From a virus, in the IMG/VR virus record IMGVR_UViG_3300045988_073563: a stretch of 64,000 nucleotides of DNA; one strand, given 5' to 3'. The notes below the pieces were generated by a model that was not told the origin of the DNA, did not search any database, and was given only the letters and a program-made list of their open reading frames with translations. Positions 36,601 through 48,479 of the stretch are shown piece by piece (the first letter of the stretch is position 1; the number at the start of each line of letters is the position of its first letter). The position numbers and the translations under genes are program-made.

Positions 36601-39600
36601 GATAACATTCCTAGTAGATAAAGGAATAGTAAGAAGAGATGGTACAGAACTTGAAAATGTATTACTACCTACAAATATAGTGAAAGAGTATACAGATAGA
36701 TCTAAAAATCTAACCTCTGGTGATACATCTAGGAATAACAAGTCTGCTGCCGTTTATTCTATTATCGCAAATCATGTAGTAAATGAAATAGTATCTATAA
36801 ATGAAATTGAAAAAGCATTCGTAGGAGATCCTGCTTACTATAAATGGAAGAGAGATAAAAACAAACCATGGATAATAGTAGAAAGATCTGTAGATAAAAT
36901 TAAACGTCTTGGTTCTGTATTGTCTACTGGGGATAATCTTAGAACTTTTTGGGGAGATGGAGATGTAAGAAATAATTCTAAATTTACTGTATTACACATG
37001 AGTGATAATATGGTCAAATCTGTAAAATTCGATGAATACAAAAAGATGTTTACATCTGCTGAAGTAATGAAATATTTACAAAGGAAGAACCCTAACATTA
37101 GTCAGAGGCAACTTATTAATATGGTAAGTAAGGATAGTATTAATAAGACATTAAAAACTATTGACGCTAAATCAAGAAAATCAATTGAAGATTCTGTGGA
37201 AAGACAAATCGCAGCATATGGGGTTAACAACAGAGGAGAAGGTAATATAAATTAGGCGGATGCTGCAGTTTATATTAGACCAGCCTTATATAAGAGAATT
37301 ATCCAAGCTGTAGGAGAATGGTCACCAGAAGTTGAAACGGCTTTTGAGCTTTTAGAAAGTGATAATCAAGAGTGGTTGTCTGATCCAAAACAGTATGCTC
37401 AAGCTTTGGAAACGCTTATTAAACCATTGAAGATGGTGTACTTCGGAAATCACAACTTGACTAAGTTAGGTTTGAATGTTCCAGTATTTGATAAGATGGC
37501 AATATTCCCATTATTTAAAGTAATGGCAAAAGCTGATAACTATCATTTATATCAAAGAATGAACAATGATGAGCTGGGAACCATAGATATGCTTACGTTT
37601 GAATCAGCAGTTAAAGTGGGAGGTAGATAGAAATTTGCTCCATATAAAGATGCAGATAATTCTAGATTTAATATAGAAGATTTAAATAGACCTTCTACAT
37701 CTACAGTAGTTGAAGAAACTAATTTCGAAGGTTTAGATACTGATAATTCTAAGTTACCTACATATATACAAGATCTTAGAAATTTACGTCTGTAGATGAA
37801 CACAGATCCTCATGAAAGCGTAGATAGATCTCTAGGTACGCAGTTTGCCAAAGTAGCCTTAAGTAATTTAATAAAAGATAGACCATATGGTTTAAATAAA
37901 GATGTAGAATACACCGGTAGATAGATTATAGATAATATATTTGGAGCTATAAATAGATTATCTGACATTGGAGCTCAAAAAATATATGATGAATTCTTAG
38001 AAGATGGTAAACCTTCTGAATAGAAACTATCTAAGTTCTTAATATCTCAAGGAAAATCTAGTGGTTTATCAAGAGATGCTTTATCTTCATTTGAAATAGA
38101 CAAAACTACTAGACAAATCAAGGTACCTTTGTCAGCCCAAAGTAATAGAAGATTTGTAGAAAGTAGAATAATATCAAGAGTAGGAAAAACTGCCATTGAT
38201 ATTAATACTCCCGGTGGATCCGCTATCCAACATGCATTCTTTGGATTTAAAGATACTACTGGAGTATAGAAGCAATATCAAGTAGGTAGAGCTTTTAATG
38301 ATGGTAAGCCTTTAAATCCTCTTAATAGCGATGGTAGTATGGATTGCATGTTGAGTACTAATTTCTTTAAACATATAGTTCCTAAGAAATATGCTTCTGA
38401 TTATACTGCTATGAGAGACTGGTTGTTAGATAAGAAGATAATTGGGCAAGATGCTAAACCTTTTGCATTAGGTTATCGTATTCCAACTCAGGGTCTTTCT
38501 TCTACATGTTCATTAAGAGTTACAGATGTGTTACCAGAATCTATGGGGGATGTTATAGTAGTTCCAGATGATTTTACTGCTATGACAGGATCTGACTTTG
38601 ATATTGATAAGCTATATATAGCTACAGGTTATTATGATAAAGATGGAAATTATTTGCAATGTAATTGGGACGATTTATCTAGTAATTCTGAAAAATAGCT
38701 TGTTAATGGTCTGATAGACATGTATAGAGTTGCCATATCAGATGATAGTAACATTGATCAAAGTAGAGCACCTCTGGATAATCTTACAACTAAAGTAAAA
38801 GAAGAAATAGTTCCTTTAGTTATGGGTAAATCTAAAGAGGAATGCAAGCCTATGTATGAACTCCTTCCTTCTTATTAGTTATTTAAGAAATTTGAATATA
38901 CTGGAGGTAAAGATGGTATTGCTCCGTTTGCTCTTGCATCAACCAATCATGCTCTTACTCAAGCTCTAAACTTAAAAATGGATCTTGGATCAGTAGGAGA
39001 TACATATAATTTAGGGAATATAAATGATGTATTGTCACAAGATGGTGAGAGAATATTGGATTGGTTATCTGCAATGATTAACGCCCATGTAGACGTTGCA
39101 AAAGATCCATACATTATTAATCTTAATGTTAATTCTGTTACATATAGTATGACAGAGTTCTTGTTAAGGACTGGAAAAGGTGAAGTAACATTTTATTTCT
39201 TATCCCAACCAATACTTAAGGATTTTGCCAATACGTTGATAAAGCTTAATGGGCAATATGGAGTAGATCCTAGTGATGTTAGTTATTCTGAGCTCATGGA
39301 TGATACTTTATTTGAGTTGAAAAAATAGTATAAAGAAGAAGCGGAAGAATACATAAGTACTCTACCTAAAGAAGAACAGAAGAAGTTGCTAAATATATTG
39401 GATAATTGGGACGATAAAGATAAAGGAGTTGACAAATCATTAGCAGTAGATCCTTTAAAACTTGAAAAATCTTTGAACAGCAATATAAAAGGAGAGAGAA
39501 ATCTTGATTTCTATATTCAACAACTATTAGTAGCAGACGCTTATTCTAAAATGTTGCCATATGCTGAAAGACTAGCAAAACTAGTAAGATTATCTCAGAT

Positions 39601-41365
39601 AGATACTAAAAAATATGGTAATACTCTATCACAACAGGCTAACTATAGCAAATAGGTATTTGACTTTATAAGAAAAGAAGGAGAATAGTTTTATCAGGTA
39701 GATGATAAAGGTTCTGTTATAGAAGGAGATGATGTAAATGCTTTAATGAACTACTATGTTGACAGTTTTCTAATGAAGAAACTTACTAATGCAGTAGATA
39801 TTCCAAGAAACATACTATCAAGTTCGTTCTTACAAGCTACAGATATGTACAGTGGAATGTTCGTAAGTCTTGCAAATGTTATAACAGGAGATAGATCTAA
39901 TATGAACAAACAAGTTGCTACTAAATTAGATTCTATCATAGATAGTATTATAAGATCTAGAATAGCAAATAGTATAGAAGAAATGCATCTTGACGATGGA
40001 GAATATGCTAGAATGGTATTAGGTGATTGGACTGTTCCTAAAAGACTGTTTCAATTTAAAGCAGCTATTAGAAAGAATGATAATGGTAAATATAGTAGCA
40101 TGTTAACAGGAGATGGAACTATTAATAATTCATTCTTAAATTACTTAGTTCCTACTGTAGCTACTGATCTTACAGATACGGATTCAATAACTTTGTTGAA
40201 CAACTCTATGAGTAACAGTGCTAATTTCGAAAATAGACTTATAGCATACTTTAGTGATTTATTACAAAGTGACAATGAAGCTGTTAGAAAGTTCTCAAAG
40301 AGATTGGCTAAATACGCATTCTACACTTCTTACGATAATAAGAGTCCAAATTCCTTTGCTCATTTAATATCTAGTCAATATAGATTAGATACAGGGTATG
40401 CTGATGAAGTGAGAAGAACTATTCATGACATGAATAATGGTAGTTGGTTAAACAACATACTTAGCGATATTGATGAACCTACGTTAAGTAAGTATACTTC
40501 TTTAGCTATGATAATAGCTCGTAACAACGCTCATGATCATGAAATAGTTAAGAATGTAACTAGACCAAAATCAAATTCTGGTAATTCATCTGCATTTATA
40601 TATGAAACAGCTCCTTGGAATGATGAATCTCAATATTTAGTTAGTTTCGCTACTAAGTCAAGGAAAGATGAAAGAGATTTCTTAGCCATTGATTATCCAC
40701 AAGGTAATAGTAGAAATACTGTTTTATATGTTAAAGCTGGTAAAGTAGAAGCATACGATAAGAAGAAAGCTAAGAAATTAGGTCAAGCTACACAAACTAT
40801 ATATGTAGCAATACCAAGATTAGGTAGAACTAAAGGTAGTGTCAACTTAAGTGAATACTTCAAAGATTACAATCAATTATCAGACTTTTCAGAAAACAAT
40901 ATTAATACAATGACTGGCGAATAGATTATAGAGTATTTTGGTGATCATGAAAAGTTTAGATTAGCTGTGAAAGGATCTAATTTTAGCGATGTGGATATTA
41001 CATTCCTACCAAGTCAGTATATAACGGAAGATTTTGTATTTACTAAAGATCCATACAATCAAGAGGTGAACAATAATGAACCTACTCTTGAAAGTAATAC
41101 TCCTAAAACTGTAGCTATGGAAAGCAAGAAAATAGATAAAGAAGTTGCAGCAGAATCTGGTTTACTTAATAGAGATAATTTAATGAATAAAGTACAACAA
41201 CAATTATTAATAACTCAAGCATTGTCGGAAGCTGATATTCAATCAGATCCGTTATCTGGAGTAGAATCATCTGGACTTGATATTACAGGCATGTTTACAA
41301 CAGAAGATGATTTAAGTAAAGATAATTTTTCAGACGAAGCATTTAACATTTGTAAAAGTAAATAA
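27602..41365 (+). CDS. Giant reading frame (4587 codons) containing a crAss-type two-barrel virion RNA polymerase domain and an HExxH motif
   Basis: From ATG 27602, 22 track ORFs (27848...40967) all share one frame. I read every gap and found 46 TAG and no TAA or TGA until TAA 41363-41365. GYRIPTQGLSS...GSDFDIDKLY (DFDID at 38594-38608) resembles the DxDxD metal-binding loop of crAss-like gp66-type RNAPs. YHEAWHY lies at 34001-34021. Confidence 0.7.
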
Positions 41366-41367
41366 TT

Positions 41368-44300
41368 ATGGCAAAAGGAATATGTCCAATTTTGAGTGAC
41401 CCAAAAGTAAAAGCAGAATTTGAAGAATTAGTAGATGCATTGGGTGAAGTATAGGCTTACGCTGTGTGGGATTAGAATGGTGGGTACAGTTTAGATAAGG
41501 CTCCTAATGGGGAGCCTTCTATACTGTTTGAAACATTATTGCAACACAATAATGGTAATAGAGTAAATGCTATATAGGCTAAAGCTAAAGTATACACAAA
41601 TAGTTTTAAAGCTTGGTTTGGAGATTGGGTGAATGATCCTAAAAATTCTTCAAAAGTAGTAGACGAAAATGGCGAACCATTAATAGTATATCATGGAACC
41701 AAATAGGAATTTGAACAATTTTCCCCTGAAGAAACAGCCAGAGCAGATGTTGGTTTTTTCTTTACTTCAGATATACACTATGCTAATCAGTATGGTAAGT
41801 TTATAATACCTGTATATTTATCTATAAAAAATCCTTTTCAGTCACAAGAAGAATTAAATTTTGACACTGTAGAAACAATAATGACTAATGAAGATACTAT
41901 ACGAAATACGGATGGTATAATTGGTCACGATTAGAAATTAGATCTTAATCAGTCACAAGGTGTTGAGTATGTAACTTATACTAACAAATAGATAAAATCT
42001 GTAGATAATAGTGGGTCCTTTAATCCAAATTCTGCAAATATATTTGATAGAGAAACATCTCCGTTACAACAACAAACTATTTATCAAATAGACGAAGCTA
42101 TGTAGAGATTTCGTGCTCAAAGATACGATTTTGACTCTACATTAGATTCTATAAGACAATTAATTACCAATGCTGTATAGGCTCGTATAAAAGCTATCTA
42201 GGGGCGTAATATTTAGAATAAAACTGCTTTATTAGTTCCGTTGGAACAATAGCTGGCGTCTTTAAAAAATCCCAATATTACATCATTACAAACTATAGTA
42301 TTCTGTTTATATGATATAAATAGGACTATGACCGCTCCAGTTAATGCTATATTACAGGCACAGAAGAATCTTAGAGAAGGTAGAGATAGTGGGTTTAGTA
42401 ATCTAGCATTAGTTCAACTCTAGTAGGATTACTTTGGCATGTACAATAATGTGTTAGAAGAAATAGCTAAGAACATATTTGATTCGAATATATATCAAGA
42501 TCTATTAGGTAAAGAGAGCTTTGACTAGTTAAAAACTATGATAAGTAATATGCGTACACAGTTTGCTGCAGCAAAACAAGGTATAACGGAACTTACTACA
42601 GATTTAGCTCAAAAGACATTACTTCAATATGGTATAAAAGATGAACTTAGCAGAACAGAACTTGAAGAATATGTTAGTTCTGAATTAATAACTACTGAAA
42701 ATGACGTAACTACTTTAATGCGTTGGATCTCTGCCGGAGATAAAATGAATGATAAGGCGGCTCGTGTTATATTTGACATGGTAGCAAATGCTAATAATAG
42801 AGTAAGATTCAATACTCATAAATTTGGTAACAGAATGCTACGTCTGTAGTAGAATGTAGCAATTGGTGAATAGATGAAATTATTTGAGTATGATTCCGAT
42901 GGAAAAAAGACAGGATATTTTATTAGAGATAGAAAGTATGGAGAGTTTATGAACAACTTGGAAAATGAAAGAAAAAGATTGAAAACCAAGTATAATGTTC
43001 CGGAAGGTTAGAAGCTACCTTTAGATAAAGAAGCTCGAACTAACTTTAATAAAGAAATGAATGAATGGCTAAGTAATAATTGTGAAAGAAGATACACAAA
43101 GAAGTATTATGACGCTTTTAATTCTTTAAGTCAAGAAGCAAGAGATGCCAGAGATGCTATCCAATTTAAGATATACAAACTCCTTGATGATGTAAGAGAT
43201 AATAAAGGTAGAGTACATATGGAAAATTTGACAGAATCCCAATGGAATCAATACCTAGATTATAATACTTAGAAAAAGCAATTAATGTCTAGATACTATG
43301 AAAATGGTACTCCTAAGACAGATATGGATTTACAAATTGCATAGGAGTTAACGGATCTTAATAAAACTCTTCACGAAGGTATGCATTATGTAACCAATAT
43401 GGAGAAATTTAACGAAGCTAAGGCAGAAGCTAAAAAGAATTTAACTTCAGAAGAGTATGAAAAATGGAAAAAAAGATATACAAGAGAAGAGATAAGTGAG
43501 AAGTTTTATAAGCAATTAGCACAGTTAAATAAAAAAACATACGGAGATGAATATGCCCAATTACAAGAAATGAGAGAAGACCTAACCAAACCTTATAGAA
43601 ATGAATATACTGGAGGTTTGGATGTTAGGAGAATGTCTTCTCAATTATTGGGTACATTAAAATCTATAGACAGATAGATGCGTAAAATCCGTAAAAATAC
43701 TCCAAAAGTTAAAAAGCAACAGTAGGCTGTAGAATTCGAAGATATAGCAGAGGTAATACCGACTGAACAATATAAAATAGATAAAGCTAATGCTCTTAAA
43801 CGCGGAATAGAGTTTTATGAAGCTTGGGAACTTACGCATCATATAGTATATTATGTTGGAGATCAAGAAGTTAGAAGACCAAATTGGTATTATACTAGAG
43901 TAGTTCCAAAAGACAAAACCCTAATAAATACAGAAGCTCCAACAAGAGAATTCAGTGAGATAGATCCAAATTCTGAGTATTTTAATAATGATTTTGATAC
44001 TAACATTGATGAATATTATCAGCCAAAATCGACTATCTATACCAACAAAGAGTACTATAGCCTGTTTAAACCTGTAAAAGATAAAAATGGTGAAGACGTT
44101 GCTACTAAGAATAAAGCTTTATGGGAGTTATATAAAGGATTGTTAGGTGGTATGGAAGAATCTAACGACAAAGTTACTTATCTTACAAGAAACAACCCAT
44201 ACAGACTTCCATAGATGAGTGGTAGCATGTATTAGTATATGAAAAATGATGGTGTTATCAAAGGATTCTTACAATAGACAAAACAAGGTATTGTAAAAGA

Positions 44301-46035
44301 AACTGATGATGTAGGATTTGTTGATGCTCCAACAAGTAGACCAGATGGATCTGAACAAAGATTAATACCAACATATTTTATTGACCCCATTAGGAATGAA
44401 AAAGGAGAACCTGATCCAAATAGAATAACTAATGACCTTGTAGGAGCTGTTATTGCATATTATAAGATGGCTGAAAATTTCAAATAGAAAACAGAGATAC
44501 AACCAGATTTAGAAGTTATTAAAATGCAATTAGCAAATAGAACTTTTACAGGAAAACCTATAGGAGTAGATGCCACTGGTAAAAAAGTATACAAGCAAAG
44601 TAATAGAAAAGAAGGTAAGGATACTAACGTATATAAGTTTGTAAGTAAGTTTATAGACATGCAAGAGTATGGAGAAGAAGTTAAAGCTCATTTACAAAAA
44701 ATAAGTAGTGATAGTAGAATAGGAAAGTTCTTTGGCTTAGCTGGAACTGAAATCAACTGGAGTAAAATAGCATTATCTGTTAAAAATTTCGGTCAATTAA
44801 TAGGTTTAGGATTGAATTTAGCAGTAGGCGCTACTGGTATGGCTACAGCTTTTTTACAGCAGTTAGGATTTGTTGCTAATGGAAGATATTTTGATTTTTC
44901 TTCTTTTTCTAAAGCATATTTCAATATGGTTAGTAACATACTAGGTATAATGCATTATATGCATAGTACTACTACGGATAATAAATACGTAGCTTGTATG
45001 CAACATTTTGAAATAGGTACTGAATTCTAGAACGCTTACCGTAATTCTAACAGAATAGGTATCATAAATACTATTTCTAGAAATTGGGCTTTTGGAATTT
45101 TCTCATTTTCAGATTTCGTGATTAAAGGTACACTATTAAATTCGATTATGAATAACTATAGATACTACAATGGAAAATTCTATAATAAGGAATAGTTCAT
45201 TAATATCATAGGAAATAAAGAAGATGCTAATAATATATGGAAATCACTTCATAGCACATATGATATTATAGAAATAAAAGATGGTAATATTCATATTGAA
45301 AATAAAGCGTATGCAAAAGCATTTGCAGAAGTAGAAAATCAAATAAGTAATGCTGCTAGATCTTTAGCTGCTACTGCAGATGGACAATTAACAGAAGAAC
45401 AAAAAGCACAATTTACTAATAATGCTTTAGGTTCTATAATAATGATGTTTCGTAATTATATACCTAATCTTATTAATGAAAGAGTAACTATGAAAAAATA
45501 GTATGACTATGATTTAGGTATGAAACGAGAAGCATTATATAGAACAGTAGGTAGAGTAATACCTATGCTAATTAGAGATTGGAACAGTAGAAAATCTTTA
45601 GATTCATCTGATATAGGTAATCTCAAACAATTTGGCTTTGAAATGTCTACTATTATGTTATTATCAATGGTAATAAAACCATTATTAATACAAGCGGCAG
45701 ATGATGATAAAGATAGTTGGGTTATAAATTTCTTAGCTTTATTAGTTACTAGAACTGGCTTCGAGTATTCTAATCAATATAATCCTTTAGATTTGCTTAA
45801 TACTTTAACTTCTGTAAGTTCATTAATTAACATAGTTAACCCATTTACAAACATAATGTCTTTGAATGAGATGTATAATATGTTTAATGACAATAAACGT
45901 ATTAAATATGGTCCTTACAAAGGAGATACTAAAGTAGAAAGATGGTTATGGAAAATGACTCCATTTAAAAACATTAAAGAGATTCAAGATCCAGCACTTA
46001 AAAGGAAGTATTACGAATAGTTATACAATAAATAA
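41368..46035 (+). CDS. Large virion/cargo protein (1555 codons) with an N-terminal ART-like segment and C-terminal hydrophobic helices
   Basis: ATG 41368 to TAA 46033-46035, read codon by codon: 30 TAG and no other stops. It contains VVDENGEPLIVYHGTK(TAG)EFEQFS...FFFTS. Hydrophobic segments are IGLGLNLAVGATGMATAFL and TIMLLSMVIKPLLI. Confidence 0.6.
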
Positions 46036-46040
46036 AAATA

Positions 46041-46064
46041 AAGGCTACCTAATAAGGTAGCCTT
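46041..46064. terminator. Bidirectional hairpin at the junction of the convergent modules
   Basis: aaggctacc (46041-46049) pairs with ggtagcctt (46056-46064), giving a 9-bp stem with loop taataa. It sits between the TAA of the + block (46035) and the TAA of the - block (46095). Confidence 0.7.
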
Positions 46065-46094
46065 CTTTGTGTATGAAAATTGGAGGTTTTCACA

Positions 46095-46565
46095 TTATTC
46101 TAGAATAGGATCTTCTAATACATCACCTACAGGAATAATCTCTTTAATTTCGTGAAAATTATTAGTAAATATAATATCACCTATATTACTATCAATTCCA
46201 CTGAATAGATTCCAAATAGTCTTATAATCAGAATTAGTAAGTCCAGCAGGACCGTTACTAATAATATTATCATATCTATGTTTAATTTCATTAGGAAGTG
46301 TAAACACAGCTATTTCATACCAAACATCGTTTATACGAATTTGTCTTAGACTATGAAAGAATTTGTTCTTTTTTAACTCGAACTCTAGATTTAATAAATC
46401 TGCAACTGTATTTTCTTTATACATTATGAATACATGATTATCAAAATATGGTTCATCAGGATATTCTGTATATACATTTATAAAGTTCTTGTTAATTAGT
46501 TTTTTGTTATCTACAATTAACTGCAGTAGACATGCAGATGCTTCATTCAAGTTCTTCAGTTCCAT
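46095..46565 (-). CDS. Hypothetical protein
   Basis: Intact 156-aa ORF with a TAA stop. Confidence 0.5.
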   Translation of the reverse strand: MELKNLNEASACLLQLIVDNKKLINKNFINVYTEYPDEPYFDNHVFIMYKENTVADLLNLEFELKKNKFFHSLRQIRINDVWYEIAVFTLPNEIKHRYDNIISNGPAGLTNSDYKTIWNLFSGIDSNIGDIIFTNNFHEIKEIIPVGDVLEDPILE

Positions 46566-47529
46566 CTTCTTCGTAATATTTACGAGTATGGTCCCAATTA
46601 CCTGTCTGATAATGATATGATATTTCTGTTAATGCTTCTGCTATTAGGTCTTTGCGATCCAACAACTCTTTTTCATTTAACATATTAAAAACGCGTACTT
46701 CATTATTACCATTACTCTGAATAGCAATAATATACGCTTCTAAATCATATTCTTCTATATCATAGCCTTCTTCCTTAAAATACCAAGTAAGAGCTAATAT
46801 ATAGAATGCAATTTGTCTATAATAATCATATTCCTCTACAGAATGTTTAAAATTATAGACATCTGCTGTTGTTTTTAAGTCAATTAATGTAATCCTTCTA
46901 TTACAATGATCAATCTTAACTCTATCTAATAGTGACTTACAGGATACATTTGCTTTTTCATATTCCCAATTTATATGAAACTCATTGTTACATTCTAAAC
47001 CGGGCTGGTTTGTTAGTAATTCATTTGCTTTCTTATGATTCTCTATGTTCTCCTTAATATGTTTAAGCATAGTTATATCAGCAAATGAAATTACTTTTTT
47101 GTTATTCTTTTCGAGCTTAAGGTATACAATATATTCTGCGAATGTTTCAATAATTTGCTTAGCTTCTTCTAGCTTTTTATCATCTGATTTACTATTGCTA
47201 TAAGCTTTGTTATAACTTTTAAGCAATAACTTGTCAGTATCCTCTAGAGGGTTTACTACTAGTTCTTGAACATATTCTATACATAATGTTTTTTGCTGAT
47301 TTACTTTAGGTACTACAAAGTCTAACACTTCATAGTTATCCCAAAATTCATCAGGTTGAAGTAGGTACATATGTATCATAGTTCCTTTATCAAGATACTT
47401 TCCACTAATACCTTCTTCTTTACCATCAAGCATATCCTTGAGGTAACGTGGTCCCTTCTTCAAGAACCAACCTATTGCTGAATTTGATATTCGCGTGTTA
47501 TCTTCATAATACGGAATTTCTATTTTCAT
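46543..47529 (-). CDS. PD-(D/E)XK nuclease (RecB/Cas4-like exonuclease)
   Basis: ITLIDLKT followed by EEYDYYRQIAFY matches the D-x(n)-(D/E)xK and QxxxY pattern of phage RecB-family nucleases. Confidence 0.55.
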   Translation of the reverse strand: MKIEIPYYEDNTRISNSAIGWFLKKGPRYLKDMLDGKEEGISGKYLDKGTMIHMYLLQPDEFWDNYEVLDFVVPKVNQQKTLCIEYVQELVVNPLEDTDKLLLKSYNKAYSNSKSDDKKLEEAKQIIETFAEYIVYLKLEKNNKKVISFADITMLKHIKENIENHKKANELLTNQPGLECNNEFHINWEYEKANVSCKSLLDRVKIDHCNRRITLIDLKTTADVYNFKHSVEEYDYYRQIAFYILALTWYFKEEGYDIEEYDLEAYIIAIQSNGNNEVRVFNMLNEKELLDRKDLIAEALTEISYHYQTGNWDHTRKYYEEDGTEELE

Positions 47530-48428
47530 GCTGCTGTTTTTGTTTCTTCAAATACGTTACTATCTACAATGAAATCTTCTTCTATTATATTAGTGTCAGT
47601 AACAAAGTTTCCTGAAGTATCCCATTCAACTTCATCTTCCTTTACAGGAATTTCTGTACGTAGTTCTTTTAAATACTCTTGTATAATATTATCCAATTTA
47701 TTTAAAGAAATTTCTACATCTTGTGTGAAATTAGATATTGTTTGTAATCGTAGAAGAATCTCATCTATGATTTCTTGTCTTTTGTCTTCAGTCATAATAT
47801 CTATTGTTACTATTTTTAAGCCTTTTTTAAAGTTATACCAATCATCTAGTATAGAGCAATTATGTTGCCCTAGATGTCCGTATGATATACCATCATGCCA
47901 ATGTCCAAACAAATGATGTTTGTACTTTCCATAACTATAATAATATAGTTTATCATTATAATTAGGATTATCATGAGTAAGTAGTATATCACATTTAGGT
48001 ATTTTTTCGAATGGATTATCATCTATTTCATCAGTAGGATATTCAAATGCCCATCTACCTTCTTGAAACTCAATAGGTTGTATCCAAGGAGTTCCATAGA
48101 AGGTTATACCTTCATATGTATATGACTCATCCACTAAGAATCTTACTTTTCCATTAGTATAAAGTTCGTAGTCTTCTACAAAACTTTCCCATTCATCACC
48201 TAACTTACTTTCTATGTAAAAGTCATGATTACCGGGCACTACTAATATTTTTTTACAAGGTAGTTTATCTACCCATTTTGCAAATCGTGTCTGCCACCAC
48301 TTTAGTGAAGCATCCATAGATCTTTGTTCATTTAATGGAATTATATCTCCACAAATGCACAAAACATCACACTCAGGAATATTATTGTAAAGATTCCCGT
48401 GTATATCACTAATTCCACATATTTTCAT
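47526..48428 (-). CDS. Calcineurin-like metallophosphoesterase
   Basis: Motifs present: ISDIHGN, CGDI, PGNHD, LTHD, GHWH. Confidence 0.7.
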   Translation of the reverse strand: MKICGISDIHGNLYNNIPECDVLCICGDIIPLNEQRSMDASLKWWQTRFAKWVDKLPCKKILVVPGNHDFYIESKLGDEWESFVEDYELYTNGKVRFLVDESYTYEGITFYGTPWIQPIEFQEGRWAFEYPTDEIDDNPFEKIPKCDILLTHDNPNYNDKLYYYSYGKYKHHLFGHWHDGISYGHLGQHNCSILDDWYNFKKGLKIVTIDIMTEDKRQEIIDEILLRLQTISNFTQDVEISLNKLDNIIQEYLKELRTEIPVKEDEVEWDTSGNFVTDTNIIEEDFIVDSNVFEETKTAA

Positions 48429-48479
48429 ACTGTAGAAATTTAGTAAGTTTATAAATAAGTATTGAATAAAATAGTATCA

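Noticed and set aside
2933-44660. Antisense track ORFs inside the + strand genes (e.g. 2933-3202, 6307-6786, 24362-24643, 26661-27131, 32942-33304, 36496-36741)
   Set aside because: They lie opposite long sense frames that carry recognisable motifs. Their composition is low-complexity or hydrophobic, as is typical of shadow ORFs in AT-rich DNA.
1-46035. Reading the fragmented + strand ORFs as pseudogenes, a decaying prophage or poor assembly
   Set aside because: The interruptions are exclusively TAG, frames are preserved over as much as 13.8 kb, and TAA/TGA appear only at sensible gene ends with overlapping starts. Conserved motifs also continue across the TAGs.
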